NCBI RefSeq assembly: GCF_009914755.1
Contig: NC_060934.1
DNA: 64,000 nucleotides
Direction: 5' to 3' (one strand)
From: the human T2T-CHM13v2.0 reference genome, Homo sapiens
Shown: piece after piece, positions 45,151 to 64,000 of the stretch
Layout of the letters: each line of letters begins with the position of its first letter
How positions within the stretch are numbered: the stretch's first letter is position 1
Notes under the pieces: model-generated
What the model saw: the letters and a program-made list of their open reading frames with translations, nothing else
What the model was told of the DNA's origin: nothing
Databases searched by the model: none
Program-made: the position numbers and the translations under genes

Positions 45151-47453
45151 AGATGATAGAATTGCTGTAGTAACTACTGATGATTGGGTTCACTGTATTT
45201 CATAGTAGGTCATAGTAGCTCCCAGCAGACTCAGAGATTTCTGCTTTCAGTATTACAGATAGTTGAATTTACCCTGAGCAACTGGTTTGTTTTTATTTCA
45301 AGAGAACTGTGAGTTGTACAATTAATGGTAGTTTATTCTGTATTTTGGAGACAGAAAAACTCAGGAATATAGCATAGCATCACATGTATTTTGTGTACTA
45401 ACCTCCTCATCTTTCCTACTCTCATTTTCTCGTGGCCCTGGCTTTTCTCAGTTAACTAAGTTAAATTTGTCTTGCATATGTTTTTGTAAATTGCCTTAAA
45501 ACCCGTTTGGAACAATGCAATATGTAAATAAATTAAGCGTTTGTTAGTGGACTCCTAAAACTGTTCGCAGTAAAAAGCATTAGGTGTGGGTAGATTTTGA
45601 TTTATTTGCTTGTTTATTTGTCATTTATTTCTTCAATAAAAATGATTGAGTGCCAGGCACTGGGGAAAAAGAAGTGAGTGGTAGAAATTAAATAAGAGCC
45701 AGACTATTGGAGAGATAAGTTAGTTGGCAGTAATGAGATAAAGTTGAAGACAAAGACTATTGGATTCTGAAAGACAGCTAAAGGATAAAAAGTTAGGAGT
45801 GTAAAAAGAAAGCCACCAAAGTATCTGAATGACTTGTTGACAAGAACACTATTGTGTAGGAAATCAGAGACAGGATGGAGTCCTGCACTTCTTAATAACT
45901 ACTGCATGACTTTGGAAACTGTTTCCTGAACTATTTCAACTATATATATTAACAATGGTTTAATGAAATCTGTGAGGGAAAATGTTGTAGAGTTTACTTC
46001 TGGGAGAGAGCTTTTACCTGGCATGCTTAATCTTGATTGCTAAAGTTAGGAATTATGTGAAGCTTGCAGTAAAGAGGTTATCAGTTGATTGAGTCAGCAG
46101 CTACCATCTATTGGTTTTTAACACTTCAACAGGGCAGTGGCATCGCTATGCCAGGTTCATATCATAGGTGAACTATTAAAAGCTGACAGTTTCTTCCACC
46201 AGTCTTGCTTGAAAAGGGAAGTACCCTGGGCACCCACCTCCTTGTTCTTAGCCCCTCACCCATTTTCTTTTATCCTTTTATACATGGCCTGATAATCTCT
46301 CTCTACCATACCCCCAAATGATTATAAGGTTTAGGAAAGAAGTTCCCATGTACATCACCATAGAAAGATAGGAAAACCCTGATAAACATACACTTGTATT
46401 TGACTCAAAATGAACAACTTTGAGTTCTGTCTAAAGGGACATGAACAAGCTTTGAATCTTATGAAGGAATTGTTTGGCCAGAATTCTTGCCATAGAGACT
46501 GGACGTCTGCCAGGACTTTACTTTGAAATTTCTGTCTTCTGTTTCTAATCTTAAGGCATCACAACATACAATTCTTTTGCCACTGGTCCAGTTTATTCTT
46601 TTATGATGAGGAAGAAGGCACTTTTAAATAACAATTATTTCCACTATAATTAAACAAATCTTCTTTTGTTTGCATTATTTTGTTACTATATTGTATACAC
46701 ACCCTGCCTGCTTAAACTTGCCCCTGTGACTACTTCACAGGAACTTTCTTTAGAAGTTTTAAAGTCGTTGACTTCTTAAAGTATTAATGGGATTTGCCAA
46801 AGTTGTAGTATCTGAATGCTTGACTAGATATAGTAGCAGGACAACAAGCTTGTTCACACAGCTCCTCCAGCAAGCATTTTTTCCTCAGACAATCCTAAAT
46901 TCATTTGAAGTGCCAAAGAATTAAAGGAAGATACATTTGGGTTTACTTCTGAATATAACAAGACCAGACATCTCACAAAGTTTACCTTAAGGTCCAGATA
47001 TTAGAAAAGTATGCTGCCCTTTTGGGAAAGCTTAGATTTTAAAGGATTAGTCTGAACCTAAATGACTTTTGCGTTTTTCTTCTTTTTGCTCCAGTGTCAT
47101 AATTCCGGAAGTTTATAGTTTATGTGCTTAAATATGTAGGTGATAGGTGCTTATGCCTTCAGCTATCGATATGAACTTTGAACTCAAATTTTTATGATTA
47201 TTTTAAGAGTAAACGTTAGAGCTGTTTTGTAGTTTGGAAAATTACCCTGTAAAATGATTTTTCAAAAACCAAAAACAAACACTGTGATAATTACAAAAAT
47301 TGTTTATGCTCACTGTTTTTAAAAATTTCTTAAAAGTACTATAATTGCACACTCACAAAAAGTTACAAATATAGTTTAGAGAGGTCCCTTGTACACTTCC
47401 CCCAGTGCTAACGTTTTACATAGCTATAGTATTTGTCGAAACCAGGAAATTGG

Positions 47454-48120
<667 letters not shown>

Positions 48121-48990
48121 GAGAAAGCTCTTATTTTCCCCTCCTCTTCAGTCTTTCACAGTCATTATTTCCCTCCAGACCTTTGTAGTGTACATTCGAA
48201 CATGTATACATGCAGATACTTACATGCACACATGTAGTTATTTCCTTTTTGGGGGAGGTATGTTATAATTCACATTTTTCATGCAACATATGCTTTCATA
48301 TTGGTAAATATGGATGTTTCATTCTTTTTAATTTCTTTGTACTGTCTATAGTGTACATATACCATAATTTATTAAACAAGTCCTCATTTGTTGGACATTA
48401 TGGATTCTTTAGTTTTGTCTATCTATTAATGAAGCTGCCATTAATATATTTATACATATATATCGAGCACTTGTGTAAGTATTTCTGTAGGCCTTTAGAA
48501 GTGGAATTACTGGGTACTGCTGAAAAAGCTCTCCAAAAAAGTATATAAATCAGAATTATTTTTAAAAGAGATACGTAACTTGGCAATATGACAATAAATA
48601 AAGCTAACAGATTTATGGAAAAAATTAAGTCATTTAAGTTTGCAGTTGGGCAAATACAGAATATTTCTTATTTACAATATAAGCATTATTGTAATATGAT
48701 ACATTTTAAGGTAAATTTTCAGTGAGTTACACAAGGATTAAATCTTTGTTTCCACAGACTGTGCATAATGTAAAAAGAGACAGTCCCAGATTTACCTGTT
48801 TTCAATTATCAATATTCCTGCTCTTTTTTTCACTGAAAGGGATAGGTTAAAATTTTTAGAACAGTTTGTCAACTATGGAGGGTAGTGATATTCTGGCCTT
48901 TGATAAATATCATATATGCAGTAAACTAATGATTAACTATTAACATTGGCATTACTCAACAAGGAGCTATATCTTTTCTCTCAAAATTAA

Positions 48991-49619
<629 letters not shown>

Positions 49620-49650
49620 TATTACTCATTTTTAAGAAATATTTTTCTCG

Positions 49651-49956
<306 letters not shown>

Positions 49957-52027
49957 CTAATAAATTTTTTTTGTTGACTGGAAATTTTTTTTTTTGTTAC
50001 AGGTTTCTTTCAGTTTGGAGGATAGTTATGGGAAGTTTAAATATTTAAATGCTTTGTTAGAAAAACAGTAAATGCACTGTTTGTTTTACATACTAGTGGA
50101 TATTATAACCACAATTCCTATTTTCAGTTATGATCTTTTTGCTACATAAAATAATATTCCCTAGACAACCTATACTGTATTTGCCATATCAAGTGTGAAT
50201 CTGACAACAGAGTTCTAAAAAAATCCTACTAAGCATTCTTTTTGAAAGCAGATTGGCTACACATACAAATAAAAAGAAATGTTTGTGTAAATTAAGCCAT
50301 CCTAGTCTAATTGTTTAAGCAGTTAATTTATAAATTGAAGAAATTATCTTCTAATCCTATTTTACATATAAATTTGAACATGACACGTAATTTCCCTGAA
50401 AGTCAACTTCTACTTTTATAGAGAACAGCCAGCACTCTACTTGAATGAGACGTATATATACATGACAGAGTTCTAGACTCAAGCAATATTGATTCAACAA
50501 TATTGAGCTTTCCAGTGGTTTAAATTAGAAGCTTTTTCATGTATAATCTCTGCTTTTCCTTCATGGCTGTTTTGTCCCAGAAGAGACACAGTTCTTAAAC
50601 TTTTGCTTCTTAAAGTGTTCTATGAAATATAATTTAGCTCAGTTCAACAAGCTTTGAGTACCCTAAAGGGAGAAGAGCTATTACCTCTACCCTTGAAGAA
50701 CTCAAAATTTGATTAGAAAGTGAAAACAAACATACAAAGGAAAAGTAAGTATATGTACACACTCCGCACTTTAGGAAGTTATCAATGGCCCATAGAGCCA
50801 CCTATCTTCTAATTTAGATGGTGCAGAGAACTCAACGCTGCCAACACTTTGCTAGCACTTCAAAGGGATGTATTCTTCCACCTATATATGTATATATATA
50901 TATACCATCTATTAAAAAAGGCCGGTCATGGTGGCTCATGCCTGTAATCCCAGCACTTTGGGAGACCAAAAGGTCAATAGTGACCTCTTCAGAGCCAAGT
51001 GGATAATAGTTGTCATGAAAATTTTTACTAATATACACCAAAAGGCTGATATTGCTGAAGGTATTTTTTTTATTTGAGACTACCATTTATAGCATTATTC
51101 TCTAAACTTCCTCTTAGATATGCATTGCAGTGCTTAGTACTCATAGTTAAGTCACTGTTTAGTCCCTAGAGTATTTTGCAATGTATATTTCTCTCCTTTT
51201 CTTTGAACCCATTTGTGTTTTCGTAAATGTCAGAACATCTACCAATTACCTTCAAATTGTGATTCAGTGATTTTCATGGTCATAAAATCCTAAGACTTGA
51301 GGATTGGAAGGGACTTCCAAAAATCTAACCCCTGGCTCCAAACCTCTTAGAAGCTCTCCCCAGCAAGTGCCCTTGCTGCTGCTCCAGATATCTGGACATT
51401 CACCCCATCCAAATAGAGGCTTCTCTTCCCTTTTGAAAATCTCAGGGCAGCCTCCACCATTTCTCTCTGAGACTTGGTCAGACACTGCTGTTTCTGTTAC
51501 TTCTCAGTCACACATCCTTCATCTGAGAAGATTAAAATAAAATTTGATTATTCAATGAAATTAAGTAGTTTCCACTTCCTTACTCTACTCCTTCTCACCT
51601 TCCAACTTTTTTCCTGTTTCATTCACTCCTTGTTTTGTCTACTCATCTTTTCACTTCTTCTGGCCCACTTATTCTATGCCACCTGAAAACCCTCATTGCA
51701 ATGTAAATGGCCCTACTGCTTCAACTGTGTGGCAGAATGCTTTCTTCACCTCCTTTTCATAGAATTCGGAGGATACTGCTAACCCTGCAGCTCTCTCTAG
51801 TGGCAGGATGCATTCTTTCATGGCTACACGTGTGAATGAGATTCGTGTTCCCCTGGTTCCTCATTTCTATTTGTAGACCATTGTTCCTCCACTCTTGAGT
51901 GAAAGCTCCAGCCCCTCTGAGCCTCTTGTCTTCCATCTCTATCACCATCAACCTCTCACTGTTGCTTTTGCAGTCAGCTTATCTATATCCACACCCATTC
52001 TTCCTGTCCTTCATTCTCAGGTGTTAG

Positions 52028-52429
<402 letters not shown>

Positions 52430-52499
52430 TGCTTTATCGTTTTCTTAGCCTAAAAACATTTTAGCTATTTCCAATTTCTCTTCCCTCATTTGCATCCTT

Positions 52500-54380
<1,881 letters not shown>

Positions 54381-54539
54381 GAACACAATCTCTTTTACGG
54401 AAGAGAAAGTTGGGACTCAGAGTTTGTAACTCCCTTAAATGATTCAGTCAAAATGAAAGTAGCTTGATTTTTAAAAACCTGGGTTGGGAGGAAATTTAGT
54501 AGGGCACAGACTAAACACTACTGGTACCTGCTATAGTAT

Positions 54540-54629
54540 GCTACCAGAACTGTGAGAAATACATTTGTATTGTTTATAAGTCACTCGATCTGTGGTACTT
54601 TGTTATGGTAACCCAAACAGACTAAGACA
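54540..54629 (+). mobile_element. MaLR (MLT1/MST) LTR 3' fragment
   Basis: ccagaactgtgagaaatacattt...tgtggtactttgttatgg...agactaagaca. Confidence 0.8.
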
Positions 54630-54808
54630 GCGTCATAAGAAGTATTAACTCTGAAGTATTTTCTTATTTAAGTGAAGTATAATTGGATAGCCAAATAATA
54701 TCCAGAGTATTGATTAAGTGATACAAAGGAAGAGCTTGATTTTTTTCCAGCCAGATGGTGCCGATTTCTAACATTCTGAAGCACCATAATCAAATATCAG
54801 ATATTTTA

Positions 54809-54809
54809 C

Positions 54810-54840
<31 letters not shown>

Positions 54841-55112
54841 TTTTGAGATGGAGTCGCCCAGGCTGGAGTGCAGTGGCGCAATCTTGGCCCACTGCAACCT
54901 CTGCCTCCTGGGTTCAAGCAATTCTCTGCCTCAGCCTCCTGAGTAGCTGGGATTACAGGTGCCCACCACCACAGCCAGCTAATTTTTTGTATTTTTAGTA
55001 GAGACGGGGTTTCACCATCTTGGCCAGGCTGGTCTTGAACTTCTGACCTCGTGATCCACCCGCCTCGGCCTCCCAAAGTGCTGGGATTACGGGCCTGAGC
55101 CACCGCGCCCAG
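54809..55112 (-). mobile_element. AluS with an (ATT)n tail
   Basis: Antisense dimer. Confidence 0.93.
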
Positions 55113-56648
55113 CTACAATTATTCTTTTAAAATGCTGACTCATGTTAAGTTGTATTGTCTACTGAGCTTTCCCTAAAGTCGTTGCATACTCTCTTAATTA
55201 CCCCAGATTCTTACTATGAATTAAGTTGTATTTTTAATATTTTATGAATTTACTTTCAACCGATCTGTAAATACTTAAAGAATACTTCCAGTTTTCTTAC
55301 CTGTTTGTTATTTCTCTTTCTCTTCTTTGTTCTCCTCTTAATTATCATCAACAAACTTTACCTCAACTGTGTTGAGGGCACTGGGCCAGGCACTGTTTTT
55401 ATGTATTACAAAGAAGAGATGCCATGGTTTGAGTTTTTTCTGATGGCCTAGTGTAAGATGATTATGCAAAGTGTCAATGGAAACAATTGTCTTAACAGGA
55501 TAACAGCCTATTTTGCTTAGAAATGTCCTAATTTCCTGTTTTTAGGTTATCCAGAGGTCAGGTAGGGATTTCTTTTTGTACTCTCATAGTGCAGATTCAC
55601 ATCGTGCAAGCATCACAGGACTTAGATCACAATCCATTTAATTCCAGTGGCTGCATTTATCTTCCCAAGAAAATAAGTCCTCCTTCAACTGCTGTTTTTA
55701 TTTAGTTTCTCTTTTTTAATTTTATCCAATAACCTGTAGTGAAGGTGTGACTTCAATAGCTGTTTACCAGTAGCTGCTTCTTAACTGAGCTGCATCTTAA
55801 AGTTCATCTGTTGCCCATTTTGAAGTTCATGTGGCTACCTGCACTGGTCAGAATGTTACAGTGTTGTCTCTGTTTCGTTGTCTCAGAAATCTGTTACTAA
55901 CTAAGCATTCAAGCAAGCATCAGGCCCCAAAGTAAGCCCTGACTACATGATGTGAACTTCTGCCTTAGTGAATCAGCTTCAGCATAGTTTGATAACTGCC
56001 TTTTTTCTTCATGTTTAATTGTGCTTTGAGGCTATGGAAAGACTACATTTATCTGTTGAAACAGACTAAGCAGCAAGTGTTCTGACATGTTTGTCGCGCA
56101 AATTATTATACGTGACAAAAGGTAATTACATATACAATCAGGTCTGGAAGTAAATGGATAATTAGGGGTTAATATATTATCTAGCATAAGAGAAGCACCT
56201 TTGAGATTCAAGAAAAGTAAACTAAATGCACATCTTTTTTAATTGTTTGAGTAAAGATTATAAAATATAAGATTTGAAAGAAATGAGTAAGGTTATAAAC
56301 TCTCCTAAATACAAATACTAACTGAGATATTATAATATTGTCTTTAACAGAGACCACAGAGATCCTTAGTTTCCTTATTTCCATCAGACTAAGTATGGTA
56401 ATCCAACTTTGCATCCCTTCAGGATTCCAAGGCAAAATGGTAATGGGTCTGTATTTATACTCTGGGCCTCAGTATATAAACTGAGGCCTTATCTCTATAA
56501 AGCATAAGAAATGAGATTTGACTCTGAAATTTAGGTCATCACTTCACCAAAGATTTATTGCCAAAATTGGAGTCTATTTTTTTTCCCACTAATTTATTGC
56601 CATAGAAATGATCTCCCTTTTCCTCTTGAGGCAATTGGGATTTAATGA

Positions 56649-57051
<403 letters not shown>

Positions 57052-58468
57052 AAGTATTTAGTTTTAATTTTAGTTCAGCCTTAAAGAAAAGCCAGTCATT
57101 GTTTATAACTAATAGCAAATTATAAGTATTATTTGACTTCCTAAAATTTTAGGGTAAAACATATGTGACTGCCTATATTGAAGACTAAATTAATCTAGCT
57201 GTTGGATTCTCCAAGTGTTCATTTGCTTTATTTTAAGTCATAACCATTGAGGTGGGGCAAGAGGGAGAAGAAGCACTTAGATTCTTTTGAATTTAGAAAA
57301 ACTAGTTATTCTCTTCCCTCGTGTTTTTCTTAACAATTGTACTGCGGAAATCCTAGCCTGGTCTGGCTTCCTTCATTCAAGCAACTGCCATATCCTGGAG
57401 TATAGACATGTTGGCATACAATTTTTTCATTGGCTAATTCATATTGTCTTCCTTTGTTGCTCAAGTTCTTCCAAAGTCAATTCATACAAGCAGATCTTAT
57501 TTCTTCGTAGCTTCAGTGGAGCAAAGTGACTTATCAGAGAGAACTGAAAGTCTATTGAACACCTCTCATCATGAGTTTCAACGTTTGATTTCCTTGGTAT
57601 TAGAGGTCTTTGAGCTTCATTGGTGAAGTCATTACATAACTACTTGTTATGCAAGTGTAGCAGATGATGTAGTGAATCTGTACAGAAAATTAAATGTATG
57701 ACCTGGGAATGTTTATTTAACATGTTTGATGGTGGCATCACTAGTTTACAAAAGGAGCAGAACTTTGGTTGTGAAATATTTTAGTACGTCCTATGGCACA
57801 AATTAAATCAATCAATAAATAGCCTAGTCTGGCTTTCAGAATAATTATAAAACATTACTAAAATTCAGAGATGTCTTAATTACTAGTAGTTTAGATGTCA
57901 AGTAAATGATAACATAGCCCTATTATCAGTATATATGATATGGGCTCAGTGTAGACTTATGAAATTATGTATCAAAAGGTAACATATGCAGTGAATCTCA
58001 ACAGATATTTAGTTGATGCCTAGTATATGCCAGTTACCGGGCTAAATGTGAAGATACAGATACTAAGCAAAACAAGTCACTAGCTTTGAGGCACTTACAA
58101 AGTACATTATTAGAAGGAGGAAAAAGGCACTTCAACTGTTGAGATATTGGAAGGAGATAAGTGCTGGGATAACTATGATTCACCCAGACTAAAAATGGAA
58201 TTATTGATATTTGATTCTTTGGTGGATACACAAACTAACCTCTAATGTCAATATACTGTGAAAAACACTGTGATACAGATATGTGGAGGGTAGTATGAGG
58301 ACACAAAAAAGAGTGACAGCTAACCCAACCAAGGTGGTCTGGAGAGGCTTCCTGGGAGACTGATTTAGACTTAAGTGTTATGGACTAAGTAAGAGCTACC
58401 TGAGTGAAGAAGGAGGGAAAGGAGACTCCATACAGAAGAGCTGAGGAATGAGGAGTGTCCTAGGGTAG

Positions 58469-58790
<322 letters not shown>

Positions 58791-59134
58791 TAGAGAACTA
58801 AGAGTAGTTCCTCATTTAGGAGCCTGGATTACTTGAAGGGAGAAGCCAAAAGGTTGACCTGGATAAGGTGCAAGAGAGCTTTGCATGTCATGTTAAGGAA
58901 CTTGAATTTATCTTGTAGGAAATGGGGAGCCATCAAAGGTTTTAAACAAGGGAATGGTGTAATCAAATTTGTGTTTTAGCTAGATCTCTCTGGCAGCAGT
59001 GTGGAGGTTGGCTAATCTGGAATATTGTAAGAGAGAGGCAAAGGGAATAGGCAAGACCAATGGCCCCAGAGGAGAGATTGTGATGTCTGAACTAGGACAG
59101 GCGTAGTAATAGTAGGGATGGAAAGTTGGGAGAG

Positions 59135-59935
<801 letters not shown>

Positions 59936-60010
59936 CTACATGAAGCTGAACTCTTACGTTCAGTACTCTCAAGAAAAGCAAGCCATGCCTGTGTGTTTCT
60001 GTGTGTGCAT

Positions 60011-60154
60011 GGAGGGATAGCATTAGGAGATATACCTAATGTAAATGACGAGTTAATGGGTGCAGCACACCAACATGGCACATGTATACATATGTAACAA
60101 ACCTGCACGTTGTACACATGTACCCTAGAACTTAAAGTATAATAAAAAAAAAAA
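60011..60154 (+). mobile_element. L1PA4/5-like extreme 3' end
   Basis: ggagggatagcattaggagatatacctaatgtaaatgacgag...ccctagaacttaaagtataat followed by poly(A). Confidence 0.9.
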
Positions 60155-60295
60155 TCTAAGTTACATTCAACTATTTGAAGTGAATCTACTTGAGGAAATT
60201 ATATGACAGGTTCTTTCTTCTATTGGGTAATTGAAGGTTTTTATTATTTTTCAAAAATAGGAAATAAAAAAAATTGATAAGAATTTATTAACATT

Positions 60296-60699
<404 letters not shown>

Positions 60700-60849
60700 T
60701 TAATTAAATATCTATTTGTTGTTTGGGTTTAAATACATAATATAAATATTTTATCCCAATTGCCAAAAGAATTATTTTAAAACTCAACTACATAAGGTGC
60801 TAATGTTCTTATACTGCTAAATGGAAAGTCAGAAGATCCTATTAAAAGT

Positions 60850-61925
60850 TTATATAACAAATTCTACTCCTAGATATATACCCAAGAGAAATGGAAACAG
60901 TTTTTTACAAACACCTTGTACATAAATGTTAATAGCAGCATTTTTTTTTTTTTTTGAGGCAGAGTCTCGCTCTGTCGCCCAGGCTGGAGTGCAGTGGTGC
61001 AATCTCAGATCACTGCAAGCTCCGCCTCCTAGGTTCATGCCATTCTCCTGCCTCAGCCTCCTGAGTAGCTGGGACTACAGGTGCCTGCCACCATGCCCGG
61101 CTAATTTTTTATATATTTTTTTAGTAGAGACAGGGTTTCACTGTATTAGCCAGGATGGTCTCGATCTCCTGTCCTCATGATCCACCCTCCTTGGCCTCCC
61201 AAAGTGCTGGGATTACAGGCGTGAGCCACCGTGCCCGGCCCAGCAGCATTATTTTTAATAGCCAAAAAAGATAAATGTCCATCAACTGATGATTGGATAA
61301 ACAAGGTGTAGTACATCCATACAATATATTATTATTTGTCAATAAAAAGGAATGAAGTAATAATGCATGCTACAACGTGATGAACCTTGAAAATATTATG
61401 CTTAAGTGAAAGAAGCCAGTTACAAAAGACCAGGTAGGTCTTTTTGTTTTGTTTGTTTTGTTTTGTGTTGTTTTGTTTTAAATAGAGGCAGGGTCTTGCT
61501 CTGCTGCCCATCCTGGAGTACAGTTCATTGCTCACTGCAGCCTCCACCTTCTGGACTCAAGCTAGCCTCCCACCTCAGCCTCCCAAGTAGCTAGCACTAC
61601 AGGTGTGCACCACCACAGCCAGCTAATTTTTAATTGTATGTCGAAACAGGGTCTCACCGTGTTGCCCAGGCTGGTCTCAAACTCCTAGTCTCAAGCCTTG
61701 GCCTCTCAAAGTGCTAGGATTACAGGGGTGAACCACCATGGTAGGCCAGAAGACCACATGTTATTTGATTCCCATTTGGGGAGTGATTGCTAATGGCTAT
61801 GGGGTTTCTTTCAGGGGCTCTAAAATTGATTGAGATGGTTGCACAATTCTGTGAATAGAGTCAAAACCATTGATTTGTGCCCTTTAAATGAGTTAACTGT
61901 ATGGTACATCTCAAAGCTGTTAAAA
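60850..61925 (+). mobile_element. L1MB-like 3' region interrupted by an antisense AluY (60941-61240) and AluJ (61441-61748)
   Basis: aaatgtccatcaactgatga; tgctaagtgaaagaagccag-like motif; gggagtgattgctaatgg. Confidence 0.8.
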
Positions 61926-62090
61926 AAAAAAATTTTAAAGTTATATAACAAGAAATAGAGGTTTAATTATATTAAAGTTATAAAAACAAAAATAGACAAA
62001 AATGGTAGGATAGCTACCCAAGAAGAGAGCTGGTATAAAGTAAGGTAAATTCTCATATGTGATAGCTGTAAAATAATAAACTCAAAATTA

Positions 62091-62821
<731 letters not shown>

Positions 62822-64000
62822 TTACTTCTGAGTACGGCAGTGAACTGTTGGTTTCATGATATGCTCCATTTGATTATTAACTATGTATTTGATAAAATTA
62901 ATTTTAATAAATTAACCACATAAATTCACATGTATGTATCTATATGCTATTTTAGCCATGGTAGTGACCAAAAAGAAAAAAATCAAAATAAAGCAAATAT
63001 GGATGTGTGTAAATCCAATTATGTAAATTTTACTGTATTCCTCTTTTTTTTTTTTCAAATTCCAAACTCACCTAGAGGTTATCTAGGACTACTACATTAG
63101 CTTAGCATAAAAAAATACTTTAAGAACATTCTACATTTGCATGTACAGTTCACCTGAGTGAAGTTACTTGAAGAGACTAATTCCTTTAAGCAGCTTCTGC
63201 AGCATGAAGTGCTCAGAACTCACTCCTAGTCCTCACAGAGGTGGGAGTGAAAGGATTGGCTGAGAGCAAGTCTAGCAGATGGGACATTGGAAGAGGGCAG
63301 GCTTGGGTGAAGGTGCATCAGATCCAGAAGGTAGCATGAAGGCAGTTAACACCTGAAGGCAAAAAAGTGAGGTGGCTGGAGGCACAATACTGTTTTGCTT
63401 TTTTGTATTGTAGTTATTGCCTATGCTCCTTCTGACTGCTACTTAAAATTCTGTGCTACATGTGGAGTTTTCCAAATGTGGTGTTTTTAGATGGCTGGAA
63501 AGGAAGGAAAATCCAGGTGCTTTAAAAATCATATGGAGCTCATCATTTGACCTCACAATATATTTTGTAAAAGGACTTGTAGTTTTTTCCAATGTAGCTA
63601 ATTTAGTAAGACCCATTTTTCTTGAATTCCCAGTGGCAAATTACTCAGGATTTGTTAGAAGGACAAGTATTTCTTCCTTGAAGCAGTACTAGGGTTTAGG
63701 ACTTTTGTTGTTTAAATCTCTGGAGCACTCTAGGAACCCTGGTCTCAGCTTTGCTTTTTGGAGGCAAAGGAAAAATGATCTCCTGGTTTACTTTTGGAAT
63801 CTGCAAAGCAACTCTGAGGTCCCAGGTGGATTTAGTGTTTGGAAAAGGGAACTTGGGGGACTGAGGTTGACCCTGAGCCCCCAGGTCACTGTTCACGTTT
63901 ACAAAAGCAAACCTGGTATCCCCAATTGCTTTTCTCTTGAGGTTGGCTTAACTTTATTTATCTTCTGTCCTGGGTCACTGCCCCTGAGGTGCTTCAAAAG

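Noticed and set aside
46154-46171. GGTTCA...AGGTGA as a DR5 RARE
   Set aside because: The spacer is 6 bp and the second half-site is imperfect.
57428-57635. Stop-free stretch of over 60 codons on the minus strand as a pseudogene fragment
   Set aside because: No start codon, no recognisable homology, and a length expected by chance.

Overview
AT-rich, Alu-dense primate (almost certainly human) genomic DNA with no CpG island. It lies inside the 3' half of EXOC6 (Sec15A/SEC15L1, exocyst subunit) on the + strand. Only two coding exons are present: 9355-9496 (142 nt) and 26077-26150 (74 nt). They join in frame to give GKVAQTACMSACQHLSTSLMQMLLDSELKQISMGAVQQFNLDVIQCE-L-FASSEPVPGFQGDTLQLAFIDLRQ. The rest is intron: roughly 50 Alu copies or fragments, a near full-length Tigger1, a MER44-type and a MER5A DNA element, an ERV1 (MER4-group) internal region with its 3' LTR, L1/L2/CR1 relics and microsatellites. 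Many of the other ORFs in the track are Alu or repeat read-throughs, and none is supported as a gene. I found no wholly new gene system. The best leads are: (i) a UG/RBFOX-flanked in-frame acceptor at 7140 that could give an alternative last exon (or a 60-nt cassette) removing the Rab11-binding helix of Sec15; (ii) a dense PBX/MEIS/HOX motif cluster at 5.7-6.1 kb, a candidate long-range enhancer for the neighbouring CYP26C1/CYP26A1 genes; (iii) a 216-nt stop-free two-exon circle flanked by inverted Alus; (iv) several retrotransposition and replication scars (probable L1 3' transduction, L1 inside an Alu, Alu-mediated deletion, templated duplications and inversions). Repeat subfamily names are from memory of consensus sequences, and repeat boundaries are approximate.
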